Virus record (IMG/VR): IMGVR_UViG_3300047546_001437
Span: 8,667 to 72,666 of that record
DNA from: a virus
DNA length: 64,000 nt
Strand: one strand, 5' to 3'
Position numbers and translations under genes: made by a program
Notes under the pieces: model-generated
Told to the model about the DNA's origin: nothing
What the model saw: only the letters and a program-made list of their open reading frames with translations
Database searches by the model: none
In this document: in pieces, positions 36,301-46,500 of the stretch
How positions within the stretch are numbered: the first letter of the stretch is position 1
Layout of the letters: the number at the start of each line of letters is the position of its first letter

Positions 36301-39300
36301 ATGGTGGAATACAAAGAGTAAATCTTCCAGCAAATGCAGCAGGACAAAGTTTTGCTGGACTTAATTTAGGTGGAAGAAGTTATAGGTCTCAAAATATTGC
36401 TCAATACAATGAACAGGCAGATAAGTTTGTAGTAAAAAGAGTTAGAGAACGTGCAAAGAGATTTGCAATTACAACTGCAACAGCATTTGAGTCTGGAATA
36501 AAAGAAGTTCTTCAGGTCGCATCTCCTTCAAAGAGAATGCAAAAAATTGGACAAGACTCTGGTCGTGGTCTTATTCTTGGAGCACAAGAGTTTGTAGATG
36601 ATGCAAGAGCAGCAGGACAACAAATTGGTGGCGCTGCTGCACAAGGAGTGATGAGCCAATCTCAAAAGATTGCAGCCTCAAGAACAGCACTTTATGGAAC
36701 TGGGCCAATAGATCCTGCACAGAAATCAATAAGAAGACAATTAGAAAAACAAGAAAGACTTCGTGCTATTCAAGAAAGAAGAATGCTTCAGCAAAGTACA
36801 GTTGCTGGAATGGTAGCAGGCGGAGCAGGAGTAAAGAATGCACCAGCACCTGCCGATCCAGATGGTCCTGGAACTACTAGAGGAAGAATGGGTGCTGGAA
36901 CAGGAATGATGGCAGCATCTGGGGTTATGATGGCAGCATCAATGGCACCAGGAAAAGTTGGCGAGGTAGCACAAAAATTAATGATGCCATTAATGACATT
37001 AACAATGCTCCTTCCATTAATTCAAAGCCCATTGGGAGCATTTGCAGTTGGTTTAACAGCAGTTGTTGCAGCAACCCTTGCTCTAAGGATGGCATTTGAC
37101 AAAGCACAAGATAATGCAATGAAAATGGCTGAAGCCATGGGTAGTGGTGAAAAGGCCATTCAAGATTTATCTGAGTTTGCTGGAACTGCTCGTGCTGGAG
37201 AAATTATGGATAAGAGAAGGTCAAATGCTCTTTCACAATTCCAGGTTCAACCAGGAAAGACTACATTTGGACAAGCATATGTTCAGTCTGAACAAGGCAA
37301 GGCAATGCTTAAGAATATAACAGAAACAATGCAGACTGGTGGTAAGGGTGCTGCTAAGAGCCAACTAATTAATCAATTAACAACTGGTGTTGCATCTGGT
37401 GCAATCACTGTAGAACAAGCAAGAAGTATGGCAGCAAACATATCACAGCAACTAGGAGATTATGGTTTTGGAATACAGGTAAGTGCAAAGTTAACTGAAT
37501 TGCTTGGTGTTAATGGAGAAAACTTACAGAAAGATCCATTAACGCTTAGAGTAAGATTGGTAGAAGAATCAAGAAAAGATTTGCAATCAAAATCTAAACT
37601 ACTCAACACTGCTGCCCCAGGAGCATTGACACAAACACAAGGTAAGGTCCAAATGGCTGGTCTTGGTGCTGTAGGAGCCATAGCAGGAGGCAGTTTAGCA
37701 GCAGGTGCATTAGCGGGTGCAACAGCAGGATCTGTAGTCCCAGTAGTTGGAACTGCAATTGGTGCTGCGATTGGTGCAACAATTGCTGCAGGTGTTGGAT
37801 ACTTTGCTCAAAAAGGTCAGCAGGAAAAACTTGGTCGTGCTTCTGGAGCACATGTTGCAATGCAAAAAATGGCATTAGAACAAAGTCAAGAAATGCAAGA
37901 TTCACTTAGACTTGAATACGAACAAAGAATTGCTAATGCTAAGGCAGCAGGAGACACTGCTGAAGCAATAAGATTACAAGGAGAGTATGAGGCAGCAAAT
38001 GCTAAACTACTTGCTGAAAATGGAAGACTTGTAACGGATATACAGACGACATATGCTAATGCATCAGGTGCGGTTAAGGGAGCACTTGAAACTGGTGTTG
38101 ATAAAGCAATCACACAAAAATACAAGGGTACAGCAATGGAAGACATTGCACCAATGGCAAAAGATTTAATTAATGATAGTGGGCTATCTAAAGAGCAGCA
38201 ATATACATTAAAGATGCAAGTTGCATCTGGCAATATGGACCCAATGCAAATTGTAAATCTTATGGATTCATTTGGAAAAGATCAACAAACACTTACAAAG
38301 GTAATGGAAATTGTTACAAAATTTGGTGGAACTTTTGCAAATCAAGCGATGTCTATATCTAGTTTGTTTGTCGACAAAGATGGTAAGCCACTTAAGAAAC
38401 AACAGACAAAGTTTATTGCAGATATTAGTACTAAGACTCCAGCAGAAGCAGAAAAATATCTAAATCTATTTACTCAAATTGGCAAAGTCGGACAATCTGA
38501 ACTTGTAGATCTTGGAGTTGCACTAACATATTATAATAATAATCCAGAAGCAGCACAAAAACTAGATGAAACTATTAATAAGATTAATGAACAAAAAGGA
38601 AAGATAAGTCTTGATATTGCAACAAAAATTGTTGGTGCAAAGGAAATGGAAGTTCTTAGAGCAAATCAGGAATACTTTAACTCTCTTCCACCAGAACAAC
38701 AAAAGATATACTTGCAAACACTAACAACTGTTGTTAATATGGAAGGTAATAATAAAGATGCAGTTCAGGCTTGGCTTAAGGCAAATCCTGGAAAAACAGA
38801 ATTAGATTATTATGGTCAAGCAACATACCAAGTAACAAAAACATCTTCAGACTCAACAACTAAACCAACTGGCAAAACTCCAAGCAGTGCAGGTAAGGCA
38901 GAGTCCTCCGTTCTTGACGACCTATTAAAGAAATTAAGAGATGTTAGAAAGAATCAGATTAAGGTTACTGAAGGCTGGGGCGCTTCTCGTAAAGCATTAG
39001 AAAGTTTGTTTGGTGGAAAGAAAACAATTACAGCATTTAGTGGTATAGAGCAAGACTTAAGAAAACTTGGTGCTGGACAAAATCTTATTGAACTTATCAT
39101 TGGTATGGATCCAAAAGAATATGAGAAACGTAAAAAATCTTTATTTAAGTTTGATAATAAAGGAAATATTATTGGTCTAAAAAGAGATGCTAAGAATATT
39201 CAAGAAGCACTCAATTCAATAGTTGCTGGACAGTTCCAGTCAGGAATCGAAGAGCAGAGACAAGGAATTATAGATCAAAATAAAGCATTTGAAAAACTAT

Positions 39301-41450
39301 CACAACTAGGAGTTCCAGTAGGAAAGGCGTATGAACTTATTGCTGATAAATCTTTTAGAGCAATGATTGCTACCGCTAAAAATAAAAAAGAACTTAAGTC
39401 AATGATTGACCTTTATAATAAATTTATTAAAGAGCAAGCAGCAAGTGATGCTGTCGCAGATGCAAATAAGGCTTTAGAAGATTTTGGCAAAGACTTTAAT
39501 TTAACTGAAAAAATTAAAATGAATTTTTCATACGAAGAAGCCCAAGCAATATTTGCAGACCCAGTACTTAAAGCATTGGTAGAGGCTGGTCAAGAGGGCT
39601 CTGAACAATTTAAAAAACTACTAGAAGCAAGAATGAGCACTATTGACTTTATGCAGGGAATATTTGATGACGGATTTAATAAAGCGATGGAATGGTTTGA
39701 TGTACAAGAAAAATCAATTCAACTAGACTTTGAATTGGGAACAAACATTAGTGGAAAAAATACTGTATCAGATGCTCTTGCCAAACTTTATGAAGGTACC
39801 CCAGTATTTACTGGTCCAGATGGAAAACCAATTTTAACTTTTAATCTTGAAGCAGATGCAAAGAATATATTAAAGTATGAAGATGAAGTTGCAAGAATGC
39901 AATACCAGATTGATGACTGGGAGTATTCGTTAAAGGAAATTGAAGATCAAGAAAATAAAATTAATGAATCTTATGATGCTAAATATAAAGCATTAGATGC
40001 AATTGCACAAGTTAATGCTAGAATAACTCAGCAAAATAAATCACAGTTAACTATTGCAGATGCTTTAGCGCAAGGAGATATTGCAGCAGCAGCAAAGGCT
40101 GTTCAAGAAGCACGTGCTCAAGCAGCACAAAACGCAATAGATGACCAAAAGAAGGCTTTAGATCAGGCAAAAGAAAACGCATTGGCCAATGTTAGAAATT
40201 CTCAAGGCTTTACAAGAGTTCAGATAGAAGAAAAAATAAAAAATCTTCAGGATGAAATTGCAAAGATTGAAGAGGCACAACTTGAGCCAGCAAGAGAAAG
40301 AAATAGACTTGCAGAAGTATTAAAGGAGCAGGCTGTTTCTACTTTAGAAGTTCTTGGAAAAACACGTACCGAATGGGAGCAGGTAAAGAACGGTATTGAT
40401 TTGGCAAGAGTAACGAGCAAAGAATATCTTGCTGCAATGCAGGCTGCCCTTGATATTGTAGATAAAATTAAGAAATACTGGAATGATTTAAATAATAAAG
40501 AATATAAGACTTATCATAAAATAATAACAACCTTTGAATCAGGAACTGGTGGACCAGGTCCAGAGACACCACCAGTAGAACCACCACCATTTGTTCCGCC
40601 ATCTGGTCCATATACTGCGCCAGACGATCCATTTATTCCTAGTGGTGGATACACCGCTCCAAGTGGTTCAACGAATGGTTCAAAGGGAGGCTCATCAGGA
40701 GGATCGACAAATAAAGGTTCTTATTCAGCACCTGGCACAGACATTAATTATGGTTTAAATACTGGTGGATCCACTGCTGCACTACATTTACAAGATTTAG
40801 CAAGATTGGCAAATGCTGTAACAGTTGCTAATATTACAAAAAATGCTGGACAGACTGCTGGTCAGCATGTTAATGATTTATTAAATATGAATGCTAGAGC
40901 AGATGCATTTTCAAAAGAAATAATTAATGCTAATGTAAAAAAGATGGGTTCAACTGCATACGGACATCTAGACGAACTCACAAACACTCCAGCACAAAAA
41001 GCAGCATCAGCAGCAGCCTTCGCTGCAGAGGCAAAAGCAGCAGCAGCAAAGAAAGCAGCAGAGGAAGCAGCAAAGAAAAAGGCTGCAGCAGATATTAAAA
41101 AGTTTGGTGGAAATGCAATAGCAGCATCACAGTTTGCAAATTGGCCTAGTGGAAAAGCATCTGGTGGATTAATTAAAAGATTTGCCTTGGGTGGACCAAT
41201 TATAGGAACCGATGTTGTTCCAGCAATGTTGACACCAGGTGAATTTATAATGAGCAGATATGCGGTCGAGTCATTTGGTGTAGATAAGATGAAGGCTATT
41301 AATAGCGGAACATATGATTCTGGTTCAGTGTATAATTATAACTTAAGCGTAAACGTAAGGTCTGACGCAAATCCAGATCAGATTGCAAATACTGTTATGG
41401 CAAAAATACGACAGATTGATTCGTTGAGGCTGAGAGGCGGAAGAATGTAA
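33363..41450 (+). CDS. Tape measure protein (2695 aa)
   Basis: TP901-type core ('LAAMKEGGI.ASEGANALKS'-like 'LTAMKEGGINASEGANALKSGL'), 'ASPSKRM' motif, TM segments, coiled coils, C-terminal 'GTDVVPAMLTPGEF'. Confidence 0.92.
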   Translation: MADIQSNIQVNIDTSEALASIKALQRQISAFHTSMAKSGAAAAAVSANLQQNLVNSLNATGKFAAEMRTIRTSTESFTNSLEKNKFTMREYFRYAGASTKTFGRLFRSEFDTIEKVARERVKTLQTQYIKMGRDANGAMKAIAVRPLALDMENLATKTQIAAQRQQLLNQLLKQGSTNLLNFGKNTQWAGRQLMVGFTIPLMYLGTAASKTFMKLEEQAIRFKRVYGEMFTTGQETDKMLKEVQLLAKEFTKYGVAVEKTMEMAATAAASGKMGADLLAQVNQATRLAVLGGVEQEQALETTISLTNAFGVAAEDLTKKINFLNAVENQTVVSIEDLTVAIPKAGPVVQQLGGDVEDLAFFLTAMKEGGINASEGANALKSGLASLINPTKKASAMLADMGINITGIVEANKGNVKGVVVEFAKALDTLDPLNRARAIEQLFGKFQFSRLSTLFQNVIAQGSQASRVLSLTQATTEELAILAERELKRVEESPMYKFKKSIEDLKVTLAPVGEAFLKAVTPIVEFVAKILDKFNNLGDGAKNFVVILTTVLAGIGPVALMTFGLLANGLANIIKLFTSVKSLFNRVGQSSQTLGATTEYMTQEQLQAAAVASSLDQVHNKLIQTFTSERNALTALIAAYQRAVAAQAAFMPVAGMVRGKGGPKKFNKGTVGVRYYANGTDTVPAMLTPGEAVIPAGPAQHPANKPAIAYMVAGGILGQHATGTTKIVGDRSVGFGGKQFVASTSASVIGIQNLIKDAQRLSGVISNIDDLILQALNEAVNAINSKGKVSIKNFKSALATVGGGAIPMGKTTKAYQGGFAGNAGVVAAHGTPGVVLSASQANKLGAQLAPGAVASQLMQTTGNVRMLSNMTFPMPASFNKGQMTGAEGAKWVGQNRARFTSMIAQQHGLSPNDPGLLEFGKIIGQALKRMGNTVVSESQFEEIIEQGLKRDLDAAAKGALLKSKNTFATAQIGGFAGRAGHGGIQRVNLPANAAGQSFAGLNLGGRSYRSQNIAQYNEQADKFVVKRVRERAKRFAITTATAFESGIKEVLQVASPSKRMQKIGQDSGRGLILGAQEFVDDARAAGQQIGGAAAQGVMSQSQKIAASRTALYGTGPIDPAQKSIRRQLEKQERLRAIQERRMLQQSTVAGMVAGGAGVKNAPAPADPDGPGTTRGRMGAGTGMMAASGVMMAASMAPGKVGEVAQKLMMPLMTLTMLLPLIQSPLGAFAVGLTAVVAATLALRMAFDKAQDNAMKMAEAMGSGEKAIQDLSEFAGTARAGEIMDKRRSNALSQFQVQPGKTTFGQAYVQSEQGKAMLKNITETMQTGGKGAAKSQLINQLTTGVASGAITVEQARSMAANISQQLGDYGFGIQVSAKLTELLGVNGENLQKDPLTLRVRLVEESRKDLQSKSKLLNTAAPGALTQTQGKVQMAGLGAVGAIAGGSLAAGALAGATAGSVVPVVGTAIGAAIGATIAAGVGYFAQKGQQEKLGRASGAHVAMQKMALEQSQEMQDSLRLEYEQRIANAKAAGDTAEAIRLQGEYEAANAKLLAENGRLVTDIQTTYANASGAVKGALETGVDKAITQKYKGTAMEDIAPMAKDLINDSGLSKEQQYTLKMQVASGNMDPMQIVNLMDSFGKDQQTLTKVMEIVTKFGGTFANQAMSISSLFVDKDGKPLKKQQTKFIADISTKTPAEAEKYLNLFTQIGKVGQSELVDLGVALTYYNNNPEAAQKLDETINKINEQKGKISLDIATKIVGAKEMEVLRANQEYFNSLPPEQQKIYLQTLTTVVNMEGNNKDAVQAWLKANPGKTELDYYGQATYQVTKTSSDSTTKPTGKTPSSAGKAESSVLDDLLKKLRDVRKNQIKVTEGWGASRKALESLFGGKKTITAFSGIEQDLRKLGAGQNLIELIIGMDPKEYEKRKKSLFKFDNKGNIIGLKRDAKNIQEALNSIVAGQFQSGIEEQRQGIIDQNKAFEKLSQLGVPVGKAYELIADKSFRAMIATAKNKKELKSMIDLYNKFIKEQAASDAVADANKALEDFGKDFNLTEKIKMNFSYEEAQAIFADPVLKALVEAGQEGSEQFKKLLEARMSTIDFMQGIFDDGFNKAMEWFDVQEKSIQLDFELGTNISGKNTVSDALAKLYEGTPVFTGPDGKPILTFNLEADAKNILKYEDEVARMQYQIDDWEYSLKEIEDQENKINESYDAKYKALDAIAQVNARITQQNKSQLTIADALAQGDIAAAAKAVQEARAQAAQNAIDDQKKALDQAKENALANVRNSQGFTRVQIEEKIKNLQDEIAKIEEAQLEPARERNRLAEVLKEQAVSTLEVLGKTRTEWEQVKNGIDLARVTSKEYLAAMQAALDIVDKIKKYWNDLNNKEYKTYHKIITTFESGTGGPGPETPPVEPPPFVPPSGPYTAPDDPFIPSGGYTAPSGSTNGSKGGSSGGSTNKGSYSAPGTDINYGLNTGGSTAALHLQDLARLANAVTVANITKNAGQTAGQHVNDLLNMNARADAFSKEIINANVKKMGSTAYGHLDELTNTPAQKAASAAAFAAEAKAAAAKKAAEEAAKKKAAADIKKFGGNAIAASQFANWPSGKASGGLIKRFALGGPIIGTDVVPAMLTPGEFIMSRYAVESFGVDKMKAINSGTYDSGSVYNYNLSVNVRSDANPDQIANTVMAKIRQIDSLRLRGGRM

Positions 41451-42133
41451 TGGCAGCACCAACATATTTAACGGGACGTAAAAAATATCAGAGACCACAG
41501 GCTATGCTATGGTCAGAAAATGCTGGCACCCTAGTTGCTGCTCCTACCCCAACTGATCCAGATTTTACCCTATATGTTCCAACAGGCCTAGAGATAGGCT
41601 CAGATCCTGGCTCAGAGACCAATACAGCCATGATTGACCAGTTCTTGATACTTTCAGATGACAATCGCAGTCCAATCGATTTTAGGCCTATTAGAATCGA
41701 AAAGCGGGAAAGAATGGTAAATGGCCGTATGAGGTCCTATCATATTGCAGATAAGATGGGTATTGATGTCTCATGGCAAATGTTACCATCTAGATCATTT
41801 TATACTAGACCAGATTTTAATTCAACAACTGGATTACCATCAGTTAGCGGGTATGGCAGACCAAACTATTTAGACGAGCAATATACAACAGATGGTGGAG
41901 CAGGCGGAGTTGAACTATTAGACTGGTATAAAAATCATACTGGCTCATTTTGGGTTTATCTTTCATATGACAATTATGCAAACTTTGGTAAAGACGAAAA
42001 GGCTTATGGGCATCTTGGTCAATATAATGAATTAATTGAAATGTTTTTTACAGACTTTCAATATACCGTTGTTAAGCGTGGTGGAAGTAACTATGATTTT
42101 TGGAATATTTCTGTAACTCTGGAAGAGGTATAA
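41450..42133 (+). CDS. Distal tail protein-like
   Basis: First gene after TMP; 'RM.NGRMRSY..ADK....SW', 'WNISVTLEEV'. Confidence 0.55.
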   Translation: MAAPTYLTGRKKYQRPQAMLWSENAGTLVAAPTPTDPDFTLYVPTGLEIGSDPGSETNTAMIDQFLILSDDNRSPIDFRPIRIEKRERMVNGRMRSYHIADKMGIDVSWQMLPSRSFYTRPDFNSTTGLPSVSGYGRPNYLDEQYTTDGGAGGVELLDWYKNHTGSFWVYLSYDNYANFGKDEKAYGHLGQYNELIEMFFTDFQYTVVKRGGSNYDFWNISVTLEEV

Positions 42134-42134
42134 A

Positions 42135-45100
42135 GTGTTTCAGAATGAAGAATTAAAAAATCATTTAGAGACATCTTCTGTTATTAGAACTCAATCTGCT
42201 GTAATTGCAGAATGGAATATGAATATTCCTAATAATATTTTACAAATAGGAAATTATAGATATAGACCAACTGCATCAGATTCTAGCGCAGACGCAAAAT
42301 ATAGAATACCAGCAGGAACATTTGATATTAATGATTCTGGTAATTTTTATACTGGTGCAACAGATGCAGATATTAAAATAGATGGTGGCCTAGATCCAGA
42401 AGATAATGCAACACCAATGTTTTTAATTTCTAAAAAAGAAAAACAAAAAATGCTATATTCTTTAGAAGACTGTTTTAATAGATTTAGACCAAGATCTGGA
42501 ATTAATAAAGCCTCATATATGAGTGGTAGATTTTTACATCATGCAAACTTGAACATGTTTAATCGTCCAAGATACTATATGCCAGACAAGAATGACTCTT
42601 TTAAATACTGGACATCTCATAGAACAGAAAATGGAAATGAATATGGCATTGCAAATATATTGTTAAATGGTCAAAATTATATAGATGATGCAGCACCATA
42701 TGTTGTTTACAAAGAAAAGGTTCCAGCAAATAGAATTGTTGTAAAAATGCAAACTCACGTAGGAGAAACCGATCTTGGAACTTTTACTAGTTTAGGTAAA
42801 ACATTTTCAGACCCATTTTATGGCGATGTAAATAAGAGAACGCCAACTAAGTGGAAAGTTCAGTATCTAGACGACAAAAATAATTGGATAGATATTATAG
42901 GATTTAATGGCTCTTCAAAAAGAAGAGACGGAACTCCAGTAATTAAATCTGACGGGTATGTAGAGTTAGCATATGGTTTAATAGTTCCAGATAAATATAG
43001 AGACACCTTTATTAAGGCTGAAGAGTTTGCAACAGCGCTTTTATTGCCAAAAGAGAGTTTAGTTGGGTATGCCTACCTCATCAAATCTTCTGAAACAGAT
43101 ATTGGTACATACCATATTTGGACTGGTAATACTCCAAGCGGTTACGAACAGTTTACCCCAGTTTATGGTTGGTACTTAGAAGAGGAGACAGTTGATAGAT
43201 TAACAAATTTTGTAACAGATCTTACATCTCCAATATCATATAAAGGTGCCCAAGATAATCAAACCAAATATCGTGAATTCTCTTATATAAATGGGCTCAG
43301 GGTTGTTGTAGAAACAATGAACAAGTTCGACTCATGTTTTGAACTAATTGAATTATCGCCAAGATTATGCGTAGATTTATCTGATAAAACCACAGCGTTT
43401 TCATTAAATAAAATAGGGTCAGATATTGGAACATCTGGCCTACCAGTTGGTCAGTTATTAGCATCTAATGGCTCACTAACATTGTTTGATTATGATCAAG
43501 CATTTAATACAAATAATTTAACTAGCATAGTTAAAGACTTTATTACAAAAAATATACAGATTAAGTTCTATGAAATAATTATTGACGTTGATGGATATGA
43601 TTATTTTATTCCATTAAAAACGATGTATACAGAAGGATTTCCAACAACAGATAGTAGGTCTAGAACAGTTACTTTAACCCTAAGAGACATGTTCTTTTAT
43701 ATGGAATCGCTGCTTGCCCCACAAATTTTACTTACAAATGTTTCATTAAGTAGTGCTGTATCAATGCTATTAGATTCAGTAGGATTTTCTAATTACACAT
43801 TTAAAAGATTATCTTCAGATAAAGAAAGTATTATTCCATATTTCTTTATTCCACCAGATAAAACGATAGCAGAAATATTAAATGACATTGCTCGATCTAC
43901 ACAAACTGCAATGTTTTTTGACGAATATAATAATTTAGTCTGTATGAGTAAAGAATACATGTTGCCGACATTGACACAAAGAGATACAGATTTTACGCTT
44001 ATTGGATCAAAGGATATGCAACAAGACGGCGCTATTAAAAATAAAACTACCTCTAATAAATTATCTAATATTATTGGAATATCTTCTCAAAATAGTGATG
44101 TATTTAATGATGGGTCAATTAGATATAAGACACGGTATATTCAAAAAACATATGGCAGTATTCGTCAGGCCAGTTTAATTGATAGAGAAAAAACCTGGAT
44201 TTATAAACCCGTACTTTTATGGGAGGTCGAAGGAACAGAAAATACAAAATCTGTAAATGATCAATCTGGAAAGCAGTCAGACTATGTTCTTAGTGCTATT
44301 CCACTAAACTCAGATTTAAGCAATACAGTTCCCACAGTATCAAATAACACTGTAATTAATAATACTATGGATTTAGGCGAAGGTGTTTATTGGATAAGCA
44401 GATATAACGGATATTTTTATGCAAATGGAGAAATTATTAAGTATGATGCTGTTCAATATAGTATTACAGATTTTGGAAATGTTTGGATTACGAGCACAAG
44501 AGATTATCAAAACTACTTTTCAAAATTAAGACATAATGGCAAAATATATCCAACAGGACTTGTAAGAATCTATACTAAGCCATACTATGAGATTATAAAT
44601 GGAACAACAAGGCTAAAGTCTGGAGCAGTAGAAAAGCATGGTCGTGGGCAGTTTGGTACATCTGTTGTTTCTCATAATGCTGGCCTGTCTTCATATTGGT
44701 CAGACAATGCGAATGTACGTGGATGCTCCATGAAGTCAGAATTCTTATTTTCATTAATACCAACATCAGACGCTAAAGAAGCATCCCTTGAATTAGAACT
44801 TGATAACGGTCCTGCTGGAATAAATAATGAATTAGCAAAACAAACTGTTAGAAACGGAACTATAAAAAATTTCCTTGCCTTGTCTTATTCAAATGAAACA
44901 TCTTCTAATGCAATATCATCTACACAATCTGGAACAATTCAGTCATCTGCATTAGTTATGAACGGTCCATCTTTTCCTACAACTCAAAAGAGTATTGACT
45001 TTATATCATATATAAATAAGCCATTAGATAATAGATTTAAGCACTTTGGAACACGAATGAGAATTATCGGAAAAATAGAAAATAATGAAAATCGTGGACA

Positions 45101-46499
45101 AACTCCAATTGGCTCAACAACATATTTTGTTGTAACAGGAAATACTCCAGATCAAAATATCAACGTAAGTGGTGGCTCTGGAGGATTAGCAGTAATGCTC
45201 AATCCATCTACAAATGTTGGATACTACTTTGAGATCATGGCTCTTACTGAAAATAACATAACTGATTATAATTCGTCTGCAGAAAATTTGCATAACATTA
45301 TTTTTTATAAAGTTTTAAGAAGTTCTGAGGATGTAGAAAATACAACAATCAAACAGGGAGATGCAATTCCAGTAAAACTATGGGGAGGATTATCAAACAT
45401 TATTGTTGATGATGGAAACTTTACTGGTCAATATAGAATGACTGGAGAAGAGAACCCAACAGTTTATGATCTTGCTGTTGAATATCAGGATATTGGAACA
45501 TTTAGAAGATTCTTTCTTTATATCAATAATAAAATAGTGGCAACTGTTGATGATACAGAACCATTACCAATTTATAATAATATGGCACCATTTATTCGTG
45601 GTTCTGCACGATGCATGTTTGAGAATATATATGCATTGACAAATAACTATAGTCAAAATACTGTGTTTGCTTTAGACACACCGATTATGTCTGCAATCAA
45701 TGACTCTGAAATTGATGTCAATGAGTCATTTAGAAAATATTCTATGAGTGGTATTGTTCAATCTACATACCTTTCTGGAATTAGCCCGAACGATCCTCCA
45801 AAATACAATATGTATTTTGAAGAATTTGGAACTATTATGCGTGAGGCCTCCTATTTTAATATTAGATATGATAAGGCATATCCAGCACTATACGCCAAAA
45901 TGTCTCCAACATTCAACAAACTAAAGGGGTATGTTGTTTCTGGATTTAGGGCGGGATCTTATGGTGCAGAATTTTTAATATTTAATGCCACAGACACAGC
46001 ATTAAACCTAGATGCAAGTAGTGGTAATTATTTAAGAATACAAGGAATAACCTTTACACAGGAATCAGAGCATGATTATAAGGTTGATGAATATTTTTCT
46101 AGAAATAGTGATTTTTCAAATCCACAATTTAAAGCGGATACACTTGTTAGATCACCATTAATAATTAAACAGCAATATGATGATATTAAGGCAAGTAGAA
46201 TGACATACGGTAAAAAAGACTTCTCTATTGATGCACCATATTTACAAACACAAGATGATGCACAAAATATTATGTCTTGGATTATTTCTAAAATTATGAA
46301 GCCAAGAAAGTCTGTAGGAGTTCAGGCTTTTGGAGTTCCTATATTACAATTAGGAGATATTGTAAAAATTGACTATAAGGACTCAGAAGGAAATAATGAG
46401 ATTTGCTCAGATGACTCTAGATTTGTTGTTTATAATATTGAATATAGTAGGCAGTCCGATGGACCAGAGGCTAAAATATATTTAAGTGAGGTTGTGTAA
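42135..46499 (+). CDS. Baseplate hub / Tal-like large tail tip protein
   Basis: 'L.DIA.STQTAMFFDEYN.L' hub motif; C-terminal 'P.LQLGDIV.I' and 'V.NIEY'. Confidence 0.6.
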   Translation: MFQNEELKNHLETSSVIRTQSAVIAEWNMNIPNNILQIGNYRYRPTASDSSADAKYRIPAGTFDINDSGNFYTGATDADIKIDGGLDPEDNATPMFLISKKEKQKMLYSLEDCFNRFRPRSGINKASYMSGRFLHHANLNMFNRPRYYMPDKNDSFKYWTSHRTENGNEYGIANILLNGQNYIDDAAPYVVYKEKVPANRIVVKMQTHVGETDLGTFTSLGKTFSDPFYGDVNKRTPTKWKVQYLDDKNNWIDIIGFNGSSKRRDGTPVIKSDGYVELAYGLIVPDKYRDTFIKAEEFATALLLPKESLVGYAYLIKSSETDIGTYHIWTGNTPSGYEQFTPVYGWYLEEETVDRLTNFVTDLTSPISYKGAQDNQTKYREFSYINGLRVVVETMNKFDSCFELIELSPRLCVDLSDKTTAFSLNKIGSDIGTSGLPVGQLLASNGSLTLFDYDQAFNTNNLTSIVKDFITKNIQIKFYEIIIDVDGYDYFIPLKTMYTEGFPTTDSRSRTVTLTLRDMFFYMESLLAPQILLTNVSLSSAVSMLLDSVGFSNYTFKRLSSDKESIIPYFFIPPDKTIAEILNDIARSTQTAMFFDEYNNLVCMSKEYMLPTLTQRDTDFTLIGSKDMQQDGAIKNKTTSNKLSNIIGISSQNSDVFNDGSIRYKTRYIQKTYGSIRQASLIDREKTWIYKPVLLWEVEGTENTKSVNDQSGKQSDYVLSAIPLNSDLSNTVPTVSNNTVINNTMDLGEGVYWISRYNGYFYANGEIIKYDAVQYSITDFGNVWITSTRDYQNYFSKLRHNGKIYPTGLVRIYTKPYYEIINGTTRLKSGAVEKHGRGQFGTSVVSHNAGLSSYWSDNANVRGCSMKSEFLFSLIPTSDAKEASLELELDNGPAGINNELAKQTVRNGTIKNFLALSYSNETSSNAISSTQSGTIQSSALVMNGPSFPTTQKSIDFISYINKPLDNRFKHFGTRMRIIGKIENNENRGQTPIGSTTYFVVTGNTPDQNINVSGGSGGLAVMLNPSTNVGYYFEIMALTENNITDYNSSAENLHNIIFYKVLRSSEDVENTTIKQGDAIPVKLWGGLSNIIVDDGNFTGQYRMTGEENPTVYDLAVEYQDIGTFRRFFLYINNKIVATVDDTEPLPIYNNMAPFIRGSARCMFENIYALTNNYSQNTVFALDTPIMSAINDSEIDVNESFRKYSMSGIVQSTYLSGISPNDPPKYNMYFEEFGTIMREASYFNIRYDKAYPALYAKMSPTFNKLKGYVVSGFRAGSYGAEFLIFNATDTALNLDASSGNYLRIQGITFTQESEHDYKVDEYFSRNSDFSNPQFKADTLVRSPLIIKQQYDDIKASRMTYGKKDFSIDAPYLQTQDDAQNIMSWIISKIMKPRKSVGVQAFGVPILQLGDIVKIDYKDSEGNNEICSDDSRFVVYNIEYSRQSDGPEAKIYLSEVV

Positions 46500-46500
46500 T

